Origin: Nocardiopsis listeri | Lineage (GTDB): Bacteria; Actinomycetota; Actinomycetes; Streptosporangiales; Streptosporangiaceae | DNA: 64,000 bases | Assembly (NCBI RefSeq): GCF_020741345.1 | Contig: NZ_DYZD01000060.1 | Location: forward strand, 78-64,077 | Direction of reading: 5' to 3' | Part shown: positions 7,866 through 17,096 of the stretch, piece after piece | How positions within the stretch are numbered: position 1 is the first letter of the stretch | Layout: the number at the start of each line of letters is the position of its first letter | Notes under the pieces: generated by a model | What the model was told of the DNA's origin: nothing | Seen by the model: the letters and a program-made list of their open reading frames with translations, nothing else | Databases searched by the model: none | Made by a program: the position numbers and the translations under genes

Positions 7866-10478
7866 ATGGACACCACCGTCAACGGCGCCCCCACGCCCAC
7901 CCCCGACGAACCCGAGGTCAACGCCGCCGAGCACCTGCGCGACACGCTCGGCCTGACCGGCACCAAGATCGCCTGCGGAAGCGGGGTGTGCGGTGCCTGC
8001 ACCATCCTGGTCGACGGCTCCCCCACCGCCTCCTGTCTGCTTCCCGGCGCCCATCTGGCCGGACGTTCGGTCACCACCGTGGAAGGACTGGGCGGCGACC
8101 ACCCCGTTCAGCGCGCCTTCGCCGCGCACGACGGCCTCCAGTGCGGCTACTGCACCCCCGGCTTCGTGGTGGAGGCCTCCGTGTTCGTGGACGCCTGGCG
8201 GGCCGAGCACGGCGACACGGCACCGGACCGTGAGGCGATCGCCGACGCCTTGGCCGGACACCTGTGTCGGTGCGGGGCCTACGAGGGGATCTTCGCCGCC
8301 GTGGCCGCCGCCTGCGCCGGTGAGTTCGACACCGACCCCGTCGAGGCGCCGCCGCGCGCGGACGCCCCGGCCAAGGTGACCGGACGCGCCCGTTTCAGCG
8401 GTGACCACGCCCCGCCGGGCACCTGGACCGGGGTGATCGTACGCTCCACGGTGCCGCACGCCCGGGTCCTGAAAGTGCACCCCGCCCCCGACGGCGACGG
8501 CGGTCAGGCTCCCCTGGTGGACCTGTTGGGCGAGGACCGCACCGTCCGCCACGTGGGAAGGGCGATCGCCGCCGTGGCCGCGCCCACCCGTGCCGAGGCC
8601 CGTCGGCTGGCCGCGGCCGTACGGGTGGACCTGGAGCCGTTGCCCTCGGTGACCACCGTCGACGCCGCCCGCGCGCCAGAGGCACCACTGGTGTACCCGA
8701 CCAGGACCGAGCGCGCCTCGGCGCCCTCATACGGCGAGGCGCCCACCCCCGGCGCGCCCTGGAACGGCAACGTGCGCGGGCCGGGGGTGCTGAGCTGGCG
8801 CGGCCCCACGGCCGTGTCCCGCCTGCGCGCCGCCCGGCTGCGTGAGGACCCCTTGCTGGTGGCCCAGGAGTACACCACCGCCACCCAGGTGCACTCCCCC
8901 TTGGAACCGCACGTGAGCGTGGCCTCCTGGGAGAACGGGCACCTGCACCTGCACGTGTCCACCCAGGCGTTGAGCAAGATGACCGCCAAGGTCGCCGACC
9001 GTTGGGACCTGCCCCGGGAGCGGGTGCACGTGGTGACCGAGTACGTGGGCGGCGGGTTCGGCGCCAAGGGCGCCTTGTCCCCGGACACGGTGGCCGCGGT
9101 GGAACTGGCCCGGCTGGTGGGCGCCCCGGTGCGGGTGTCGTTGGAGCGCTCCGAGGAACTCGTCGACGCCGGCCATCGACCCGGCAACCGCACTCGCGTG
9201 GCACTGCTGGCCGACTCCAAGGGCGACCTGCGGGCGCTGGCCATGGACTCGGTGGGCGACGGCGGGGTGTCCGTCGGTTCCAACGTCGCCACCCTGGCCG
9301 CGCTGATGTACGGGCGTTCGCCCCGACGGGTCCGCGACTTCGACGTGGTCACCAACCGGCCCCCGGGCGCGCCCATGCGCGGACCCGGCGGCCCGCCGAT
9401 GGCGTGGGCGCTGGAGCAGGCCGTGGACACCATGGCGCTGCGGCTGGGTGAGGACCCGCTGTCGCTGCGGCGACGGTGGGACGGCAACCCCAAGCGTCGG
9501 GCACTGTACGAACGGGTGGCTCAGCTGCGGCTGTGGCGGGACCGTCCTCGCGGTGAGCGCACCGGCCGGTTCCGACGCGGCGTCGGGTTGGCCGCCGCGG
9601 GCTGGCCCTACCTGCTGGGACCGCAGGCGCAGGTGGAACTGACCGTGCGCGGCGGTGACCTGGTGGTGCGTTCGAGCACCCAGGACATCGGCACGGGCAT
9701 CCGAACGGTGTTGGGCGACGTGGTCGCCGAGCGGCTGGGGATCGGCGCCGACGGCCTGACCGTGGAGATCGGGCACGGGTCCTCGGTGCACGGCACCGGC
9801 TCCTTCGGCAGCCGCACCACCACCTCGATGGGACCGGCCGCGGCCGACGCCGCCGACCGGTTGCGCGATGCCCTTCGCGAGCACTCCCCCGCCGTGCCGG
9901 CGTCGGGCCCCATCCCCGAGCACACCTTCAAGGAGGCCCTGTCCCAGGCCGAGGGGCTGCGGGTGGTGGGCGAACGCGGCCTGGACCGTTGGGGGCGACT
10001 CACCCCGAACATGGCCGGCGACCTGGCGGTGGGGCGCGGGATGAGCGGGGCCGTACACGTGATGGAGGTGGAGGTGGACACCCTGCTGGGCAGGGTGCGC
10101 CCCACCCGGTGCTGGGCGGGGATCGCCGCCGGGCGCGTCTACAACGAACGCATGGCCCGCAACCAGTGCGAGGGCGCCGTCGTCCAGGGCGTGGGCTACG
10201 CGCTGTTCGAGGAGCGGCGCGACGACCCGCGCACAGGGGTGGTGCTCTCCGACGACCTGGAGGAGTACCGGCTGCCCGGCATGGGCGACGTTCCCGAGAC
10301 CGAGGTGTACTTCCACCAGGAGGGTTTCGAGCACGTGCCCGGCGGCGGGATCGGACTCGGCGAGGTGTCGGTGGTGGGGGTGGCCGCCGCGCTCGGCAAC
10401 GCCGTCTTCGACGCCACCGGCGTCCGCCACCACGACCTGCCCCTGCGACCGGACCGACTGATCGGAGCGACGCGATGA
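7866..10478 (+). CDS. Molybdopterin oxidoreductase, fused 2x[2Fe-2S] + Mo-binding domains (PaoA+PaoC-like, 870 aa)
   Basis: GTKIACGSGVCGAC...C and QCGYC...LCRCGAY at the N-terminus, then AKVTGRARF, GGGFGAKG, PMRGPG, QCEGAVVQGVGYAL, GIGLGE. Confidence 0.88.
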   Translation: MDTTVNGAPTPTPDEPEVNAAEHLRDTLGLTGTKIACGSGVCGACTILVDGSPTASCLLPGAHLAGRSVTTVEGLGGDHPVQRAFAAHDGLQCGYCTPGFVVEASVFVDAWRAEHGDTAPDREAIADALAGHLCRCGAYEGIFAAVAAACAGEFDTDPVEAPPRADAPAKVTGRARFSGDHAPPGTWTGVIVRSTVPHARVLKVHPAPDGDGGQAPLVDLLGEDRTVRHVGRAIAAVAAPTRAEARRLAAAVRVDLEPLPSVTTVDAARAPEAPLVYPTRTERASAPSYGEAPTPGAPWNGNVRGPGVLSWRGPTAVSRLRAARLREDPLLVAQEYTTATQVHSPLEPHVSVASWENGHLHLHVSTQALSKMTAKVADRWDLPRERVHVVTEYVGGGFGAKGALSPDTVAAVELARLVGAPVRVSLERSEELVDAGHRPGNRTRVALLADSKGDLRALAMDSVGDGGVSVGSNVATLAALMYGRSPRRVRDFDVVTNRPPGAPMRGPGGPPMAWALEQAVDTMALRLGEDPLSLRRRWDGNPKRRALYERVAQLRLWRDRPRGERTGRFRRGVGLAAAGWPYLLGPQAQVELTVRGGDLVVRSSTQDIGTGIRTVLGDVVAERLGIGADGLTVEIGHGSSVHGTGSFGSRTTTSMGPAAADAADRLRDALREHSPAVPASGPIPEHTFKEALSQAEGLRVVGERGLDRWGRLTPNMAGDLAVGRGMSGAVHVMEVEVDTLLGRVRPTRCWAGIAAGRVYNERMARNQCEGAVVQGVGYALFEERRDDPRTGVVLSDDLEEYRLPGMGDVPETEVYFHQEGFEHVPGGGIGLGEVSVVGVAAALGNAVFDATGVRHHDLPLRPDRLIGATR

Positions 10479-11461
10479 CCGTGACCCGACCCACGAGTGT
10501 GGCCGAGGTGTCGGCGGACCTGGCCAGGCGGGGGGTACGCCCGCGCGCCGGGGGCACCGACCTGACCTCCTGCCTGGAGGCGGGGGTGATCGCCCCGGGA
10601 CCGCTGGTGGATCTGCTGGGGGTGTCCGGCCTGGACGAGGTGGGCTGGAACGCCGACGGTTCGGCCCGGGTGGGCGCGATGACCACCGTCGCCGCGTTGG
10701 GAGCCGACCCCGCTCTGGCCACGGCCTATCCGGCGCTGGCAGCCACCGCCCGGGCCCTGGCCACCCCGCAGATCCGGGGCACCGCCACCGTGGGCGGCAA
10801 CCTGCTCCAGCGCAATCGTTGCGCCTACCTGCGCAACCCGGCCTTCGACTGCTTCCAGACCGGCGGGGACTCCTGCCCGGCCCGGGAGGGCGACCACCTG
10901 CGCGGGGTGGTGATCGACCAGGGACCGTGCGTGGCCCCGCACCCGTCGACGTTGGCGGTGGCGCTGCTCGCCTACGAGGCGAGCGTGCGCCTGGAGGGCG
11001 GACCGGTCTCCGAAATGGCGATCGTCGACCTGTACGAGGGCACCGACCCCACACGTGACCACACGTTGGGTCCGGGCGCGTTGTTGACGGATGTGTCCTT
11101 GCCGGTCCCGTCCCCGGGTGAGCGCTCCGCCCACCGAAGGGCGACCGGGCGTTCCAGGGCGGAGTGGCCGCTGGTGGAGGTGGTCGTCCGATTGGAGTGC
11201 GCCGACGGGGGCCGCGGCCCGGTGCGAAGGGCCGCGGTGGCGGTGGGCGCGGTGGCGCGCACCCCCTTGCGGCTACCCGAGGTGGAGAGCGCCTTGGTGG
11301 ATGCGGCACCCGGTGGGAACGTGTCCGGTCGGGTGGAGGAGGCGTTGAGCGCCCTGGCCGATCGGTGTTCCCCCCTGCCCGCCACCGGGTACAAGGTCCC
11401 CTTGCTCCAGGGCGCGGTCCGTGATGCGATCGAGGCGGCCCTGGGGGTACCGAGCCGGTGA
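10475..11461 (+). CDS. FAD-binding subunit of molybdo-oxidoreductase (PaoB/YagS-like) with [4Fe-4S] Cys insert (328 aa)
   Basis: ATGA overlap. AGGTDL, ATPQIRGTATVGGNLLQRNRC motifs; Cys insert RC...DC...SC...PCVAPHPS. Confidence 0.88.
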   Translation: MTVTRPTSVAEVSADLARRGVRPRAGGTDLTSCLEAGVIAPGPLVDLLGVSGLDEVGWNADGSARVGAMTTVAALGADPALATAYPALAATARALATPQIRGTATVGGNLLQRNRCAYLRNPAFDCFQTGGDSCPAREGDHLRGVVIDQGPCVAPHPSTLAVALLAYEASVRLEGGPVSEMAIVDLYEGTDPTRDHTLGPGALLTDVSLPVPSPGERSAHRRATGRSRAEWPLVEVVVRLECADGGRGPVRRAAVAVGAVARTPLRLPEVESALVDAAPGGNVSGRVEEALSALADRCSPLPATGYKVPLLQGAVRDAIEAALGVPSR

Positions 11462-11548
11462 CACGGGTTCGGGCCCCTCAAGGGACCACCTTCGGGTGGG
11501 CCGCCGTGGCGTGGCGGCCCACCCGATTCTTCGCCCGTCGGTGTCGGT

Positions 11549-12499
11549 TCAGCCGCGCAGGTGCGCCTGGTGGGCGAGTTCGCGGCACAGCACCGCGAAG
11601 TCCAGCCCTTGGGCCGCGGCCGCCATCGGGAAGGTGGACGTCTCGGTCAGGCCCGGGGCGACGTTGGTCTCCAAGAAGACGACCTCGCCGTCCGGGGCGA
11701 CCATGAGGTCGGTGCGCGACAGGTCGCGAAGGCCCAGGGTGCGGTGCGCGGTCAGCGCCACCTCGGTGGCGGCGGCCAGCACCGACCCGTCCAGACGGGC
11801 CGGGCAGAAGAACTCGGTGCGGCCGGCGGTGTAGCGGGCCGCGTAGTCGTAGACCCCGCCGTCGGGGACGATCTCCACCGGGGGCAGGGCCACGGGCCCC
11901 TCACCGGTGTCCAGGACGCCCACGGCCAGTTCGGTGCCCTGGACCTGCTCCTCGACCAGAGCGGAGTCGCTATAGGCGAAGCAGGACATCAGCGCGGTGG
12001 ACAGGTCCTTGACCGAGGCCACGGGGGTGGCGCCGAACGCCGAACCGCCACGGTCGGGCTTGACGAACAGCGGCAGCCCGAGTCGTTCGACGAGTTTGTC
12101 CAGGAGCGCGGGTGCGCCCAGGTCGTGGAAGGCGGACTTGGGCAGGGTGGCGCCACGCGGAACCCGAACGCCCTTCTCGGCCAGCAGGGCCTTGGCCGCG
12201 GGCTTGGCGTAGGCGAGCCGACAGGCCTGGGGGCGGGCGCCCACGTAGGGCACCCCGGCCAGTTCCAGGACCTCGCGGATCGCGCCGTCCTCACCGGCGG
12301 AGCCGTGCAGGACGGGAAAGACCACCTGGGGCGGGTCGTCGGCCAGGCGCTGGAGAAGCCCGGAGCCGACGTCGGCGACCTGCACTTCGACGTCGAGTCG
12401 GCGTAGGGCCTCGGCCACGCTGCGGCCGGATTGGACGCTCACCTCGTGTTCGGGGGACAGTCCCCCGGCGAGGACGAGGACCCGGTCAAGGTCGGCCAC
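11549..12499 (-). CDS. ddl: D-alanine--D-alanine ligase family ATP-grasp protein (316 aa; alternative start 12529)
   Basis: GGLSPEHEVS, FPVLHGSAGEDG, FVKP..GGSAFG, YDYAARY, SRTD, ETNVAPG. GTG start follows AAGGAGG. Confidence 0.88.
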   Translation of the reverse strand: MADLDRVLVLAGGLSPEHEVSVQSGRSVAEALRRLDVEVQVADVGSGLLQRLADDPPQVVFPVLHGSAGEDGAIREVLELAGVPYVGARPQACRLAYAKPAAKALLAEKGVRVPRGATLPKSAFHDLGAPALLDKLVERLGLPLFVKPDRGGSAFGATPVASVKDLSTALMSCFAYSDSALVEEQVQGTELAVGVLDTGEGPVALPPVEIVPDGGVYDYAARYTAGRTEFFCPARLDGSVLAAATEVALTAHRTLGLRDLSRTDLMVAPDGEVVFLETNVAPGLTETSTFPMAAAAQGLDFAVLCRELAHQAHLRG

Positions 12500-12554
12500 G
12501 GCGCGGACCTCCTTCTGTGCTGCTGTCATGGTGGCTGGTTCCCCTAACGGGTGG

Positions 12555-13877
12555 TCAGGGAAGGTCGGGGGTGGGTGCCTGGCTGCCCTCGGTGGGCGTG
12601 GCCATGGCGGGCCCGAACGTGTCACGCAGGTCCATCTCGCCCTCGATGGCTCCGACGAGCCTGCGTACGCCCTCCCGGATCTGTTCGGGTGTGGGGTAGC
12701 AAAAGCTCAACCGCATGCTGTCACGACCGCGACCGTCGGCGAAGAAGCCGGTGCCGGGAACGTAGGCGACACGGTGATTGACCGCGCGCGGCAGCATCGC
12801 CTTGGCGTCGATGCCCTCGGGAAGGGTGGCCCAGACGAAGAACCCGCCCTCGGGCCGGGTCCAGGTACAGCCGTCCGGCATCATCGTGTTGAGCGCGCCG
12901 AGCAGGGCGTCGCGCCGCTCGCCGTACATGCTGTTGAACGTCTTGATCTGCTCGCGCCAGGGGAAGGTGTTGAGGTAGCGGCGCACCACGAGCTGGTTGA
13001 ACGTGGAGTGGCTGAGCATCGCCGACTCCGCCGCCAGCACGAGTTTGGCGCGCACCGCCGAGGGCGCCAGGGCCCAGCCGATGCGCAGGCCCGGCGAGAG
13101 CGTCTTGGACAGCGACCCCAGGTAGATGACGTTGCCCTCGCCCTGCGAGTACAGGGTGGGCTGTGGTTCGCCGTCGTAGCGGAGCAGACCGTAGGGGTTG
13201 TCCTCGACGATCAGGACGTCGTGGCGCTCGCAGACCTCCATCACCCGTGCGCGGCGCTCGGCGGACATGGTGATGCCGGCGGGGTTCTGGAAGTTGGGGA
13301 TCGTGTAGAAGAACTTGACGGTGCGACCGGCCTTGGCCGCCTCGGTGAGGGCGCGGTCGAGTTCGTCGGCGTCGACGCCCTCGTCGTCCATGCTCACGTG
13401 GCGGATGTCGGCCTGGAACGCGGCGAAGGTGTTGATCGCGGTGACGTAGGTGGGCGCCTCGGTCAACACGATGTCGCCGGGGTCGACGAAGACGCGGGTG
13501 ATCAGGTCCAGGGCCTGCTGGGATCCGACGGTGACGATGACGTCGTCGGGGACGGACCGGACCCCTTCCAAGGTCATGTAGTCGCAGATCTGCTCGCGCA
13601 GGACGGGGTCGCCCTGGGCGGAGCCGTACTGCAGGGCGGCGGCGCCCTCCTCGGAGATCACGTCCTTGGCCAGGTCGCCGATCTGGTCGAGCGGCAGGGC
13701 GGCGACGTTGGGCATGCCGCCCGCAAGGGAGACGATCTCGGGGCGGGACGCGACGGCGAAGAGTGCCCTGACCTCCGATGCGACCATGCCCTGTGCTCGA
13801 TGTGCGTAGCGGCCGACGTGCGGGTCGATACGCGAGCCCTGTTGGCCGGGCTGCTGCTCTCGGTGGTCAGCGGACAC
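12555..13877 (-). CDS. PLP-dependent aminotransferase class I/II (LysN/ARO8-like)
   Basis: ISLAGGMP, LQYGSAQG, YTIPNFQNPAG, IVEDNPYG, GSLSKTLSPGLRIGW (PLP Lys). Confidence 0.92.
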   Translation of the reverse strand: MSADHREQQPGQQGSRIDPHVGRYAHRAQGMVASEVRALFAVASRPEIVSLAGGMPNVAALPLDQIGDLAKDVISEEGAAALQYGSAQGDPVLREQICDYMTLEGVRSVPDDVIVTVGSQQALDLITRVFVDPGDIVLTEAPTYVTAINTFAAFQADIRHVSMDDEGVDADELDRALTEAAKAGRTVKFFYTIPNFQNPAGITMSAERRARVMEVCERHDVLIVEDNPYGLLRYDGEPQPTLYSQGEGNVIYLGSLSKTLSPGLRIGWALAPSAVRAKLVLAAESAMLSHSTFNQLVVRRYLNTFPWREQIKTFNSMYGERRDALLGALNTMMPDGCTWTRPEGGFFVWATLPEGIDAKAMLPRAVNHRVAYVPGTGFFADGRGRDSMRLSFCYPTPEQIREGVRRLVGAIEGEMDLRDTFGPAMATPTEGSQAPTPDLP

Positions 13878-14338
13878 GGTCCACCTCCGAAGGAAGGACG
13901 GTCTTGTGGGGTCTGCCGGGTCGTTCCGGGAGATCTTCGTTGATTCCTGGTTCGACGCCGCGCGGGTCCCCTTGGTTCACGCGAGGCCACCGGTGACGGC
14001 CGGGCCGCGGGTGGCTTTCGGTGAGTCGGTCGGGTCATGTTGAACCGTGGAACACGGTTCGGGAAATATCCGGAAGTCTAGCCCAGCGGTCGTGCGGGCA
14101 CCCCCCATCAGGGTGTTCCTGTGCTCTGACGCACATGGTCGCGGGCGTTCGAGCGCCGCGTCGGTGACGGTACCCGGGTAGGCGATCCGACTCACACGCG
14201 AATGACCAGAACATGACGCACTTTTCACCCCTGCCACCCGAGTCGGACATGGGTGCTTTCTGGGTTTTCGAGGACATTGGTGCGGTGGGCCATCGCTCCC
14301 GGTGAGACGGGTGCGCCACCCGAGAACCGGAGGAGACC

Positions 14339-14959
14339 ATGGGCGTCCGCTCGACCACCATCAGCATCTCCGCGACGCTGCTGCTGTGCGGCGCGCTGAC
14401 CTCGTGCACCGACCCCGCACCCACCGAACAGGAGATCGACGCCGAGCGACTGGAACTGGCTCGGGCCGCCGACGCCCTGTCGGCTTCGGTGCTGCGACCG
14501 GGCGTCGAACGCGCCTTCGCCCGCAAGGGCCATCCCGTCGACGGCACGCTCACCTGCGCCTCCCCCGCGGCCACCGGGGAACCGGAGGCCTCCGGCTCCC
14601 CGTCCCCCTCGTCCGGGCCGACACGGGACGAGCAGGACACGGTCACCGCCGACGGTGTCCGGAGCGGGACCGCAGACGAGGACGAGGAACCCGTCAGCGG
14701 CGGTCTGGAGGTGGTCTGCGAGGGGTCGGACCGTGACGGGGCCGCGTTGCGTTTCGAGGGCCGACTCTCGTCCGAGGCCCTGGCCGAACGCACCGCGGGC
14801 GACGACAGTCTGCCCGGCTCCTTCACCGGGGCCGTCGACGGCGAGGAGGTGTTCACGATGGACTGCTTCCAGTGCGCGCCGCAGGAACCGCAAGAGGACG
14901 AGTCGGAGTCGGACGAACTCGCCGGCGAAGAGGAACCCGCCGCCCCCGGGACCGGGTGA
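14339..14959 (+). CDS. Putative lipoprotein of unknown function
   Basis: RBS GGAGGAG; lipobox-like LLLCGALTSC; acidic low-complexity segments. Confidence 0.7.
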   Translation: MGVRSTTISISATLLLCGALTSCTDPAPTEQEIDAERLELARAADALSASVLRPGVERAFARKGHPVDGTLTCASPAATGEPEASGSPSPSSGPTRDEQDTVTADGVRSGTADEDEEPVSGGLEVVCEGSDRDGAALRFEGRLSSEALAERTAGDDSLPGSFTGAVDGEEVFTMDCFQCAPQEPQEDESESDELAGEEEPAAPGTG

Positions 14960-15226
14960 AGACTCGATGGCGGTGCGGCCCGGTAACTCACACGACGGTC
15001 CAGGCCGCACCGCATCGTACGCGCTCGCTCCCGGAGGATTCCCCCGAACCTCCTGTGGAGCACTCCCCAAAAACGCGTCCGTCCTTGCCCCCGTAACCCC
15101 CCTCAAGGTCCGCAGGACACGGACGCGCCCCGCACCGGTGAACCCCTCCGTGCCCTCTCTTGCCCGAAGGTCTCCACCGGTGGGCGGGCCGCGCACCTCC
15201 AAGTTGATCTCATCGGCCCGCACTCG

Positions 15227-15247
15227 GCAACGGTTGCAACAGGTTGC
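15227..15247. promoter_or_regulatory. Overlapping GCAAC/GTTGC inverted-repeat array just past the 3' end of the GAF regulator
   Basis: GCAACGGTTGCAACAGGTTGC, 8 bp from the stop codon at 15255. Confidence 0.45.
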
Positions 15248-15254
15248 GGGCCAA

Positions 15255-16607
15255 TCACCCAGGGTGACCACACGACGACGCGTCCGGACGTCGGGTCGTC
15301 TCGCCCCGGCCGGTCGAACAGGGGTGTCCCCCATCGCGATCCAAAAGTGCCCGCACCCCCGGTGCCAACGAATCGGGGAGCAGGTTCACCGAGGTCTGTG
15401 AACCGATCACCCGAACCGTGACCTCGTCCGCGAAGCGGTAGGGGCGACTCTCGATCACTCCGCCCAGGTTGCGCCTGATCCTGGACAGTTCCGCGCGCAC
15501 GGTGACCACGTGGGCGTCGGCGCCGAACACGTCCTTGGACAACTCGGCGCCCGAACGCCCCGCCCGGTGCACCGCCAACAGGAGCAGGAGTTCGGTGTGG
15601 CGCGGGGTCAGGTTGTGCACCCACTCTCCGCTCGGGCCGGCCACCGTCACCGTGGACGCCCCGGGTTTGCGCAGGTCCAGGGTGACCGAGGTGGAACCGG
15701 CCCGTTCCCCGGGGCGCGGGCGGATGAGCCAACCGCCCGGCAGGGGTTCCAGACCGCACTCCCCCAGGGCGGGGATCCAGGCCGTGCCGCTCTCGCAGTG
15801 CTTGGGCAACAACACCCGGCGGACCGGTTCCATGTGCACCGCGGCGGCGGTCCAGCCGCTGTCGTCCACCACCAGGGCGGGTCGGGTCAGCCCGGCCAAC
15901 AGGGGCGCGGCCACCGAGCGCAACCGTTCCAGGTGGGTGTGGTGCAACCCTTGCAGGTGCGCCTGGGCCAGTTGGGCGACCGCGTTGACCAGGGCCAGGG
16001 TGGAGGGGTGGATGGTGGACACCGGACCGGTGACGTCGATGGCGCCCAGCAGTCGCCCGTCCCGGGGGTCGTACACGGGGGCGCAGGCGCAGGTGAGGGT
16101 GTGCAGGTTGCGCACGAAGTGTTCGGCGGAGTAGACCTGCACGGGGCGACCGACCACCAGCGCGGTGCCGATGGCGTTGGTGCCTATGCTGCCCTCGTTC
16201 CAGAAGGAACCCTCCACCAGCCCGACCCGGTCACCGACCGAGCGCATCCTATGGGACCCCTCGCGCCAGAGCACCTGCCCCGAGGAGTCGGTGACCAGCA
16301 TGATGTGGTCGGCCTGGTCGGCCACCGAGACCAGGGAACGACGGATGAGCGGCATCACCTCGGCGATGGGCGAGGCGTCCCGTTGGCGTTGGAGTTCGTC
16401 CAGGCGGGCCACCCGTGGCGGGGGTCCGCAATCGGGATCGATGCCGAATCCACGCATACGTTCCCAGGAGTCCTCGATCACCGGACGCAACGGCGCGGGC
16501 GTTGGGCGCCCTGCGAGCAGCGCGTCGTGGGATCGGCGGAGCAGGTCGGCGTGCTCGCGCGCGTCCACCCCGGAGGGTAGCGCCGTGTCCAGCGATGGAA
16601 ACGTCAT
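15255..16607 (-). CDS. GAF-domain transcriptional regulator with C-terminal HTH (AcoR-like N-terminus)
   Basis: RPVIEDSWER, WNEGSIGTNAIGTAL, AEHF, CACAPVYDP..G.LLGAIDVTG, C-terminal LTPRHTELLLLL...VRAELSRIR. Alternative start 16616. Confidence 0.85.
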   Translation of the reverse strand: MTFPSLDTALPSGVDAREHADLLRRSHDALLAGRPTPAPLRPVIEDSWERMRGFGIDPDCGPPPRVARLDELQRQRDASPIAEVMPLIRRSLVSVADQADHIMLVTDSSGQVLWREGSHRMRSVGDRVGLVEGSFWNEGSIGTNAIGTALVVGRPVQVYSAEHFVRNLHTLTCACAPVYDPRDGRLLGAIDVTGPVSTIHPSTLALVNAVAQLAQAHLQGLHHTHLERLRSVAAPLLAGLTRPALVVDDSGWTAAAVHMEPVRRVLLPKHCESGTAWIPALGECGLEPLPGGWLIRPRPGERAGSTSVTLDLRKPGASTVTVAGPSGEWVHNLTPRHTELLLLLAVHRAGRSGAELSKDVFGADAHVVTVRAELSRIRRNLGGVIESRPYRFADEVTVRVIGSQTSVNLLPDSLAPGVRALLDRDGGHPCSTGRGETTRRPDASSCGHPG

Positions 16608-17096
16608 GTGGGTCATCGGGGCACGTTCCCCCGCCCGGAAGACGGGAGGACTCGCCCCTTCCTCCTTCTACGTGGCCAGGCCCCGAAAGACCGGGGTTCG
16701 AGTTAGGCGTCAGTTTCCTGGTTCGACTGCGGCGGGGCCGAGAGAACCGGGAGAGTCCCTTGTTTCGGAAGTCATTTCGGTTCGATCCTTCCGTTTCCTG
16801 CTCGAATTATCCTTGGGTCATACCGAACACGCTCGTGCGGGTTTTCCGGGGTAGTGCCCTGGTTCGAGCCACTGGTGGGGGTTTCGGCACGGGGGTGTGC
16901 AGGTCATACGGATGGGGGTCGAAACGGATAACATCCCCAGATTCGAAGCAACTCACGAAACGTCGACGAAAATGGCCGGATGCGGCCAAACGGCGAGTCC
17001 CTAATTCCCCCTGTTCTTCGCCCGTTCACACAGGTGAGCCGGGTTATCGCGGGTTTTCGGTCGGGTACCCGCACGTGCATCGGCCCGTGCGGGGTC

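Noticed and set aside
11549-12499. Ddl as a VanA/VanB-type D-Ala-D-Lac ligase
   Set aside because: Omega-loop Tyr is retained and no vanH, vanX or vanRS genes are adjacent.
13944-16727. Exact 13-mer TTCCTGGTTCGAC shared by two upstream regions (13944-13956 and 16715-16727)
   Set aside because: 13-bp matches are expected by chance in 64 kb, and the flanks do not extend the match.
16695-16867. GGTTCGA motifs as tRNA T-loops or tRNA remnants (integration site)
   Set aside because: None has a paired 5-bp T-stem or acceptor stem, and there is no integrase nearby.
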